From assembly GCA_041751055.1 (NCBI GenBank), contig JBGSYD010000011.1:2506-66505 (forward strand): 64,000 nt of DNA, read 5' to 3'. Each line of letters begins with the position of its first letter. The first letter of the stretch is position 1. The stretch comes from Acidimicrobiia bacterium (lineage in GTDB: Bacteria; Actinomycetota; Acidimicrobiia; Spongiisociales; ZC4RG35). The notes beneath the pieces were generated by a model, which saw nothing but the letters and a program-made list of their open reading frames with translations, was not told the origin of the DNA and made no database searches. Position numbers and translations under genes: made by a program. This document shows positions 56,816-64,000 of the stretch, piece after piece.

Positions 56816-57763
56816 ATGAAACGAACTTTTGCAACGGCAGCGGCTCTTGTGCTCGTTTTGGCGGCCTGCGGCGCCCAAGCGTCGGAATCGTTCAGCGAGA
56901 TCGGGTCTGCGCTAGGAGGAGATGGCCCGGTCTACTACGGCGAGGAGGCTCCTCCCGAAGATGTGGCCCGCGCCCTCGAGGATGGAAAGAACGCGGTGAA
57001 CCTCGATGTCGTCTTCGCTGACAACCGCAAGGTGATCCGTCAGGTCTCGCTATCGCTGGCCGCTGACGATACCCGCGCCGCATATGACGAGATCGTCAGA
57101 GTTGCCGAGGATGCAGGAGGTTTTGTCGCCGAGGCGCAGGTCAATCCCACCGGCGACGACGAAGAACCCCGGATCACACTGACGGTTCGAGTTCCGGCGG
57201 CCGGGCTGACCACCTCGCTGACAGCAATCAAGAACGCGGCGGACGAAGTGCTGGCCGAATCCCAGGGTGCACAAGACGTCACAGCGACATTCATCGACCT
57301 CGAGGCACAGCTGACCAACCTCGAAGCGCTCGAGATCGAGTTGAGGGCACTCCTTGAAGAGGTTCGAATGCAGCCCGACGCCGACCCTGACAAGCTCCTG
57401 CGTGTCTTCACGGAGATATCGACCACGCGTGGCCAGATCGAGCAGATTCAAGGCCAGCTCAATTATCTAAACGACGTCGTCGACCTGTCGACAGTGACCA
57501 TCACGATCGATCCGACGGCCGGGGCATTGCCAATTGTCGAGGAGTCATGGGCGCCGGTCGAGTCCGTGCGCGATGCTTTGCGCAGCCTGGTCGCCGGGCT
57601 TCAGGCGATCACGGACACGGCGATTCGCTTCACGATTGGAACCCTTCCGATCCTGCTGATCGTCATCGGTGTCCCGGGTTTGTTGCTGATCCTGACCTTT
57701 CGGGCATGGAGGAAGCGTCATCAGCCAAATTCGGCAGCGCTTTTGCCATCACCCGCCGAGTGA
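56816..57763 (+). CDS. DUF4349 domain lipoprotein
   Basis: Lipobox LAACG, RKVIR...L, T.RVPA, QDVT..F.DL.A.L, IE...GQL.YL...V..ST.T, C-terminal TM. Confidence 0.85.
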   Translation: MKRTFATAAALVLVLAACGAQASESFSEIGSALGGDGPVYYGEEAPPEDVARALEDGKNAVNLDVVFADNRKVIRQVSLSLAADDTRAAYDEIVRVAEDAGGFVAEAQVNPTGDDEEPRITLTVRVPAAGLTTSLTAIKNAADEVLAESQGAQDVTATFIDLEAQLTNLEALEIELRALLEEVRMQPDADPDKLLRVFTEISTTRGQIEQIQGQLNYLNDVVDLSTVTITIDPTAGALPIVEESWAPVESVRDALRSLVAGLQAITDTAIRFTIGTLPILLIVIGVPGLLLILTFRAWRKRHQPNSAALLPSPAE

Positions 57764-57770
57764 AACCTAA

Positions 57771-57798
57771 GAGGGTGGGAGCACGTGCTCCCACCCTC
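57771..57798. terminator. Perfect 28-bp palindrome between convergent genes (terminator-like)
   Basis: GAGGGTGGGAGCAC-GTGCTCCCACCCTC. Confidence 0.65.
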
Positions 57799-57809
57799 CT
57801 CCAAGCGGT

Positions 57810-58952
57810 CTAGCTTCGTGCCAACTGATAGAAGTCGTTGTACTGGATCTCGAAGTCACCGGTGTCGGTGATGATCTCCAGTTTCTGCTGTAACTCGTCC
57901 GAGGGGTAGATCGTCTCGTCGGTGAGCACTTCCTCGAGGATGAAAGGCTCCGCTGCAGCATTGGGGCTGGCGTAATAGTTCCAGTTGGTCAAAGCTGCCC
58001 CGTTCTCGGCGTCGAGGAGATAGTTGATGAACGTGTGGGCGGTGCATGGGTGCTCCGACACCGTCGGGATGGCCATGTTGTCGATCCACACGGTGCCACC
58101 CTCCTCTGGAATGACGTACGCCCAGTTGTCCACGTCGTCGGTATCGGCAAACGCTGTGAAGAAGTTGCCGGAGTACCCGTGAGCAACGGCCGTCTCGCCG
58201 TTGACCAGATTCTCGTCGTACTGGTCGGAATCGAATGCGGTGATGTTTATTTTGGCGTCGGCGATGAGGTCGGCCGCTTCTTGGAGCTCGGCTTCACTTG
58301 TCGAATTCAACGAGTAACCGAGGTACTTCAAAGCAGCACCCATTGTCTCCCTGGGGTCATTCAACATCGAGACCCCACCCGGGAAGGTCGCTGTCAGTTC
58401 CGGGTCGAACACCAGCGCCCAACTCGGCTCGAAGTCCTCACCAACCACCGATAGGTTGACACCGAGTCCAGTGGTGCCCCACTGATAAGCCACCGAGAAT
58501 TCGCCGGTGGAGTCATACGGGGGGTTGACGAACTGCGGGTCCAGATTGCCGAGGTTGGTCAATGCATCCTTCTGAAGCGATGCCAGGAGGCTTTCCTCGA
58601 TCATGATCCCAACCATGTAGTCGGAGGGGACGATGAGGTCGTAGACCGCGCCAGCCTGGAGTTGGGCGAGCATTGCCTCGTTGGAGTCGTAGAAGTCTTC
58701 CACTACATCGACTTCAAATTCGGTCTCGAAGGCAGCTATCAGCTCGGGATCGATGTATTCGGACCAGTTGTAGAAGTTGAGGTCTCCATCGACCTGGTCA
58801 GGAGCGCAAGCGGTGCCCGGTTCCCCATCCTGAGTGGTTGTGGCGCCACCTGCACCTGCGGTGGTGGAGCTATCCGAACCCGAATCTCCGCAAGCTGCGA
58901 GCACCAGTGTCATGACGCCAAGCAGCGCCACGAGTCTCTTCAGTCTGTTCAT
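57810..58952 (-). CDS. potD: Polyamine ABC transporter substrate-binding lipoprotein
   Basis: Lipobox LAACG, LNFYNWSEYIDP, DSNEAM, YDLIVPSDY, YQWGTTG, W.DNMAIP. Confidence 0.9.
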   Translation of the reverse strand: MNRLKRLVALLGVMTLVLAACGDSGSDSSTTAGAGGATTTQDGEPGTACAPDQVDGDLNFYNWSEYIDPELIAAFETEFEVDVVEDFYDSNEAMLAQLQAGAVYDLIVPSDYMVGIMIEESLLASLQKDALTNLGNLDPQFVNPPYDSTGEFSVAYQWGTTGLGVNLSVVGEDFEPSWALVFDPELTATFPGGVSMLNDPRETMGAALKYLGYSLNSTSEAELQEAADLIADAKINITAFDSDQYDENLVNGETAVAHGYSGNFFTAFADTDDVDNWAYVIPEEGGTVWIDNMAIPTVSEHPCTAHTFINYLLDAENGAALTNWNYYASPNAAAEPFILEEVLTDETIYPSDELQQKLEIITDTGDFEIQYNDFYQLARS

Positions 58953-59026
58953 TTGTCTTATTCCTCCGTGGTTGTTGCTCTATGCAACACAAGCGACAAG
59001 CCTCAGGGTAACCCGATTGGCAATAT

Positions 59027-59902
59027 TTAGGCGCCGGTCTCGAGTCCCAACACCTCATCATCGGGGATTTCGCTTCGCCCTCCTCTTGTCCGTTGCAATC
59101 CGAGGGAAATGGCCACGAGGATCATCGATGCGAGGAGCATCACGGTGCTCACGGCGTTGATCAAAGGGGTGACACCCCTGCGAACAAGCCCAAAAACGTA
59201 GACGGGTAAGGTCGTCGAACCCTGTCCGGAGACGAATTGGGTCACGACGACGTCGTCGAGCGAGAGTGTGAGGGCCAGAAGGGCCCCACCGGCGACACCG
59301 GGCGCAATCAAAGGAAGCGTCACTCTGCGAAATGTGGCCCAACGCGATGCATAGAGATCCGCCGCCGCCTCCTCCAAGGAATCGTCGAACTGAGCGAGGC
59401 GCGCCCTGACCACAATCGCGACAAACGAGATATTGAATGCAATATGAGCCAGCGTTATGGTCCCCAGACCCGTCTTCAAGTCGAGGCCAAACACGTTCTC
59501 CATGACACCGATCGCCTGAAAGAAGAAAATAAGGAGCATGACGCCCATGGTTACGTCGGGGATGATGATCGGCATGTAGGCAATGCCATCGAGCAAACCC
59601 CGACCACGGAACTTGTAGCGCTCGAGGGCCAGGGCCAGCATCGTGCCCATAACCGTCGCCACGATCGTCGACACGAAAGCAACGATGAGCGAATTCCGCA
59701 ATGCGCTGAGAATCCGGTCGTCCTGGAGAATCTCTCGGTACCAGCGCAAAGAGGGCTCAGTCCAGATTGAGACATTGGCGTTGTCGTTGAAGCTGAAGAC
59801 GATCAGCAGGGCGATCGGCGCATAGAAAAAGATGTAGACCAGCCATGCATTGGTCGCGAGCAATCGGTCTATCGCCCCGCGCGGAGCCCGGTTCTCGCTC
59901 AT
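59027..59902 (-). CDS. potC: Polyamine ABC transporter permease
   Basis: FFYAPI.LLIVFSFN, EEAAADL.A, SLDD.VVT, TLP.YVFG.VRRG..P.INA. Confidence 0.9.
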   Translation of the reverse strand: MSENRAPRGAIDRLLATNAWLVYIFFYAPIALLIVFSFNDNANVSIWTEPSLRWYREILQDDRILSALRNSLIVAFVSTIVATVMGTMLALALERYKFRGRGLLDGIAYMPIIIPDVTMGVMLLIFFFQAIGVMENVFGLDLKTGLGTITLAHIAFNISFVAIVVRARLAQFDDSLEEAAADLYASRWATFRRVTLPLIAPGVAGGALLALTLSLDDVVVTQFVSGQGSTTLPVYVFGLVRRGVTPLINAVSTVMLLASMILVAISLGLQRTRGGRSEIPDDEVLGLETGA

Positions 59903-60777
59903 ACGTTCCTCGCCCCGCTTCTGAAGTAGATCAATGTCGCGATGAGCATCAGCGACATGATCCCGATGGACAAGGCTGAGCCAAACGGCCAGTTGCGGGC
60001 CGTGAGGAACTGGCTGACGATGTAGTCGCCGATCAACACGGTCCTGGCGCCACCCAGAATCGCGGGAGTCACGTAGGCACCGAGTGCGGGGATGAAGACG
60101 AGGATCGATCCTGCGATGACACCGGGCATCGACAGCGGCAACGTGACTTTGCGGAAAGCGGTAAAGCCCGACGCATAGAGGTCGCGGGCGGCGTCGACGA
60201 GGCTCCAGTCGAGCCGTTCCAGAGCGGCGTACAGCGGCAACACCATGAATGGCATGAAGCCGTAGACCATTCCGATCAATACGGCAGTGTTGGTGAACAG
60301 CAAGCGGATTTCCCCTCCACCGAACCACTGGCTGATCTGGCTGACGAGGCCATCGGAGCCGAGGATGAACCTCCATGCGTAGGTCCTGACCAGGAAATTG
60401 GACCAGAACGGGATCATTACCAGCACGAGGAGGATGTTCCGCAGCGTCGGGCCGCGGGTGGCGATGTAATACGCGAATGGGTAGCAAACGACAAGACAGA
60501 TCGCCGTAGTCGACACTGCAAGCAGTAATGACCGGAGGAAGATCTGGGCGACTTGCTCGCTAAAAAGCCGGGCGTATGAATCGAGATTCCAATCCTCGAG
60601 GACCGTCAGACCTGTCGAAGAGCGGCTGGCGAAAGAGTAGACAAATACCAGGAGGAGCGGGACGACGAAGAAGACGACCAAATACGCGTACGGCGGCAGT
60701 GCGATACGGAATCCACGTCGGGATTTGGCTCGCTCAGCTGCCTTCTCGAGTTCGGGGTTGGCAGGTGCCGCAACCAT
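59899..60777 (-). CDS. potB: Polyamine ABC transporter permease
   Basis: MIPFWSNFLVRTYAW, MVY..MPFMVLPLYA.LE, AARDL.A, FIPALG.Y. Confidence 0.9.
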   Translation of the reverse strand: MVAAPANPELEKAAERAKSRRGFRIALPPYAYLVVFFVVPLLLVFVYSFASRSSTGLTVLEDWNLDSYARLFSEQVAQIFLRSLLLAVSTTAICLVVCYPFAYYIATRGPTLRNILLVLVMIPFWSNFLVRTYAWRFILGSDGLVSQISQWFGGGEIRLLFTNTAVLIGMVYGFMPFMVLPLYAALERLDWSLVDAARDLYASGFTAFRKVTLPLSMPGVIAGSILVFIPALGAYVTPAILGGARTVLIGDYIVSQFLTARNWPFGSALSIGIMSLMLIATLIYFRSGARNV

Positions 60778-61850
60778 CAAATGACGACCAGACCGGCGGC
60801 CTCCGGATGCCACACCAGATAGGCGTCCTCATCGATCTCGTATCGCTCCACCGAAGGCCGGTTCTCCTCTTTGACCTCAACCAACTCCCCCGTGCCCCCC
60901 ACGACTCCGTAGTAGTAGACGTCTCCGTAGTAGACCCTTCTCGTCACCTTGACCTGGAGGCGGTTCAACCCATCGGGGATGGGCTCGTCGAGGTCATACA
61001 GAGACAATCTCTCCGGCCGGATCGCCATCGTCGCTTCCCCCGAACTTACGCCGGCAGTCGAGATCGGAAATTCCTGCCCTCCCTGGAACTTCACCCGGTC
61101 GACTCCGGTCACCGTCACCGGAATGAGGTTGATATCTCCGATGAAGTCTGCAACGAAGCGGGAGGTGGGGTGTTCGTAGATGTCCTCAGACTTTCCAATC
61201 TGAAGCAGCTTTCCCTCGTTCATGACACCGATTCGATCAGACATCGTGAGAGCTTCCTCCTGATCGTGTGTCACATAGATGAAGGTGATGCCGACCCTGG
61301 TCTGCAGTTCCTTCAATTCGACCTGCATCGTCTGGCGAAGCTTGAGGTCGAGGGCTCCTAGTGGCTCGTCGAGAAGCAAGACCTCAGGCTCGTTGACAAG
61401 GGCCCGGGCCAGCGCCACCCGTTGCTGCATGCCTCCTGAAAGCTGTTTGGGCTTGGCGTCGGCGCGGCGACTCAGTTGGACCTGATCGAGGACTCGTTTC
61501 ACCCGGTCGCCAATCTCGTTCTTGGCAACCTTTTTCATCTGCAATCCAAAGGCAACATTCTCGGCGACTGTCATGTGAGGAAACAGTGCATACGACTGAA
61601 AGACCGTGTTGACCGGGCGCTGATTTGGCGGGCGCAAGCCCATCTCCTCACCATGGATCCTGAGATTCCCCGAAGTCGGGTACTCGAAGCCGGCAATCAT
61701 TCGCAGGGTGGTCGTCTTGCCGCACCCCGAGGGACCGAGGAGGGAGAAAAACTCTCCATCCTCGATAATGAGATCGAGACCGTCTACGGCGACTACATCG
61801 TCACCAAAAGACTTCGTGATTCCGGTGAGTTCGACTGCAGGCTGGGTCAT
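60777..61850 (-). CDS. potA: Polyamine ABC transporter ATP-binding subunit
   Basis: GPSGCGKTT, VNTVFQSYALFPHM, LSGGMQQRVALARAL, LLLDEPL.ALD, TOBE-like C-terminus. Confidence 0.92.
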   Translation of the reverse strand: MTQPAVELTGITKSFGDDVVAVDGLDLIIEDGEFFSLLGPSGCGKTTTLRMIAGFEYPTSGNLRIHGEEMGLRPPNQRPVNTVFQSYALFPHMTVAENVAFGLQMKKVAKNEIGDRVKRVLDQVQLSRRADAKPKQLSGGMQQRVALARALVNEPEVLLLDEPLGALDLKLRQTMQVELKELQTRVGITFIYVTHDQEEALTMSDRIGVMNEGKLLQIGKSEDIYEHPTSRFVADFIGDINLIPVTVTGVDRVKFQGGQEFPISTAGVSSGEATMAIRPERLSLYDLDEPIPDGLNRLQVKVTRRVYYGDVYYYGVVGGTGELVEVKEENRPSVERYEIDEDAYLVWHPEAAGLVVI

Positions 61851-61974
61851 AGAGTCGCGAATCTAGAGGAATAGGCGATGACGCGTCGACCGGATCGGCA
61901 GGCATCTGGAGAACTTCCACAACGTTGCAATGAGGCGTTCACAACCAAGCGATCCGAGCACTAGCCTCACCGTC

Positions 61975-63213
61975 ATGTCTGCTTACTGGCACCCATTTGC
62001 CGAGATGAACAAAGTCAAGGATCACCCATTCGTCGTCGATCACGGCGAAGGAATATACGTGTTCGACGAAGATGGCACGCGATATCTCGACGCGGCCGCA
62101 TCCCTCTGGTACATGAACGTGGGATACGGGCGTGACGAAATCGTCGATGCAATGAACGAGCAAGCTCGCAAGATGCCGGCGTTTCACTCATTCATCGATT
62201 ACGCGACCCGGCCCCCGATCGAACTTGCGGAGCGAATCGCCGCAGTGTCACCAGACAAAGATTCCAAGGTGTTCTTCGGGTCCGGCGGCTCAGATGCAGT
62301 TGACACTGCCGCCAAGTTGGCGCGTCGCTACTTCTCGGCTATCGGAGAGCCCGATCGCACCGTTTTCATCGCTCGGGAGTGGGCGTATCACGGCATGCAC
62401 ACCTATGGAACGTCGCTCGGAGGGATGGAGCCCAATCGACTTGGATACGGTGGCGATCTCGTCTCGGATGTAGTCATCGTCCCCCACGACGACTCCGAGG
62501 CCGTGGAGAAGGCCATCGATCATGTGGGGCCAGACAGGCTCGCGGGCATTTTTGTGGAAGCGGTGATCGGAGCGGGTGGAATCAGGCCGGTCAGCAACGA
62601 ATACCTCACCAAGGTGAGAGATCTGGTGAGAGCCGCCGGCGGGCTCTACATCTCCGACGAGGTGATCACCGGGTTCGGCCGTGTCGGCGACTGGTTCGCG
62701 GCGAATCTCTACGACCTCGATCCTGATCTCATCACGTTTGCGAAGGGTGTCACGTGTGGGTACGCCCCGCTGGGCGGCGTGATTGCAAGCCCGAGGATCG
62801 CCGAGCCATTCTTCTCGACTCCCGGATTGATCTTCCGCCATGGGTACACATATTCGGGTCACTCGACAGCGTGTGTGGCAGGCCTGAAAGTGATGGACAT
62901 CATCGAGCGAGAGGGCCTGGTGGGTCGAGCCGCGGCGTTGGAGGGAGAAATCTACGACGCCCTGTTGCCTCTTGAAGATCTCGACGTCGTGGACCACATC
63001 AGACGTGGCGTCGGAGCCCTGGCAGCCATTCAGCTCAAGGTTGGCGAAGACGAGACTTTGCCGGCTCGGGCGGCGGCAGCCTGTCGCGAGGCAGGAGTAC
63101 TGAGCCGGGCCGTGGGTGGTGGAGGACTGCAGGTGTCGCCGCCGCTGATCATGACGCCAGATCAGGTCACGGAGATGGCAGATCTCTTCCACGCCGGGTT
63201 GGCTGGTCTGTGA
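61975..63213 (+). CDS. Class III aminotransferase (omega-amine/putrescine--pyruvate type)
   Basis: YWHPF, YLDA.ASLW..NVG.GR, SGGSDA, YHG, DEVITGFGR, TFAKG. Confidence 0.88.
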   Translation: MSAYWHPFAEMNKVKDHPFVVDHGEGIYVFDEDGTRYLDAAASLWYMNVGYGRDEIVDAMNEQARKMPAFHSFIDYATRPPIELAERIAAVSPDKDSKVFFGSGGSDAVDTAAKLARRYFSAIGEPDRTVFIAREWAYHGMHTYGTSLGGMEPNRLGYGGDLVSDVVIVPHDDSEAVEKAIDHVGPDRLAGIFVEAVIGAGGIRPVSNEYLTKVRDLVRAAGGLYISDEVITGFGRVGDWFAANLYDLDPDLITFAKGVTCGYAPLGGVIASPRIAEPFFSTPGLIFRHGYTYSGHSTACVAGLKVMDIIEREGLVGRAAALEGEIYDALLPLEDLDVVDHIRRGVGALAAIQLKVGEDETLPARAAAACREAGVLSRAVGGGGLQVSPPLIMTPDQVTEMADLFHAGLAGL

Positions 63214-64000
63214 ACCATGAGCCTTTCTGGGTGGAGGACCACCCAAGACCGGCAGATCTCGGAACTGACAGCCTTCCAACAGAAACCGATGTTCTCGTGG
63301 TGGGATCGGGGCTGACCGGCATATCGGCAGCACTCCGCCTTGTCGGCGCCGGCAGGACGGTGACGGTCCTCGATCGCGGTGAGATTGCCGGTGGAGCGTC
63401 GTCGATCAACGGAGGAATGGTCTCCCCGGACGTCAAGGCGGGAATGAGGGCGGTGATGTCCAGCCACGGCCCGGACCTGGCCAACGAGATCTGGAATGCC
63501 TCAGTTCGGTCCGTCGAGATCGTCAAAGACCTGGCAAGGCTCCACGAGATCGACGCCAGGATCAACCAAGGCGGATTGTCCGCCCTGGGGCTCGACGACC
63601 GCGATCTGGCCAAGTTCTCCGCAACGGCGAAATGGTACCGGGAGAAATTTGGCGTGAACTGGGAAGTTCTCGACAAGACCAGAGTGAGCGAGGTCGCCAG
63701 GTCTGAGTCCTTCACATCTGCCTTGTTCGAGCCGGAGGGGTTCGGCATTCACCCCGCTCGGTTCGCCTTTGGCCTGGCGACGGCCGCCGCTACAGCGGGC
63801 GCGCTGATGGTCGCCCGGACTGAGGCAAGCCGGATATCCCCCACTCGCGACGGGTTTGAGGTCTCGACACCGCAAGGCACGGTGAGCGCAGGGGAAATCA
63901 TCGTTGCGACCAACGGATACACCAATGCCAGGCCACTTCCGCAACTGAAGAAGAAGATCGTCCCGATCGGCTCGTACATCGTCGTCACAGAACCTCTGAC
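63210..64000 (+). CDS. FAD-dependent oxidoreductase, PuuB/DadA family (3'-partial)
   Basis: Not in the ORF track; GTG at 63210 overlaps the upstream stop and reads MNHEPFWVEDHPRP...DVLVVGSGLTGISAA...GASSINGGM, open to the window end. Confidence 0.85.
   Translation, partial: MNHEPFWVEDHPRPADLGTDSLPTETDVLVVGSGLTGISAALRLVGAGRTVTVLDRGEIAGGASSINGGMVSPDVKAGMRAVMSSHGPDLANEIWNASVRSVEIVKDLARLHEIDARINQGGLSALGLDDRDLAKFSATAKWYREKFGVNWEVLDKTRVSEVARSESFTSALFEPEGFGIHPARFAFGLATAAATAGALMVARTEASRISPTRDGFEVSTPQGTVSAGEIIVATNGYTNARPLPQLKKKIVPIGSYIVVTEPL

Overview
High-GC (roughly 60-65% by eye) bacterial chromosome segment, most likely an actinobacterium of the Acidimicrobiia type. The basis is a WhiB protein, DUF3107, a SepX/GlpR-like gene, and the actinobacterial galU-moeA-moaC-sepX-tRNA-Ala and rsmI-tatD-rsmA-ispE / tRNA-Gln-glmU-prs gene orders. 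No integrase, transposase, prophage or CRISPR array is visible. From left to right the window holds: the tail of a heme-oxygenase-like diiron oxidase + DUF6999-like locus; a two-component system; NHEJ genes (Ku and a stand-alone ligase domain); whiB with a perfect CRP-type site; and core housekeeping genes. An accessory block (about 16.9-26.1 kb) follows, with heliorhodopsin, a DNA photolyase, a SigK-like ECF sigma factor with no adjacent anti-sigma, a CarH-type (W-x9-EH) B12-binding protein and two eroded remnants of the sigK-linked fatty-acid-modification operon. After it come moaC/moeA/galU/plsY/typA/uppP; amine and polyamine catabolic genes; a near-complete purine degradation cluster (with an allantoicase-OHCU decarboxylase fusion and a DUF6986-like lyase); and a Pot-type polyamine ABC transporter with an aminotransferase and an oxidoreductase. 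The strongest novel signal is an identical CATCC-N17-CGAA promoter-like motif directly upstream of both heliorhodopsin and the Rv0449c-like remnant. This suggests heliorhodopsin belongs to a SigK-type, possibly light/B12-controlled regulon. All family calls come from motif recognition, not database searches. Start sites were adjusted by eye from the ORF track, and coordinates of non-coding motifs may be off by a few bases.
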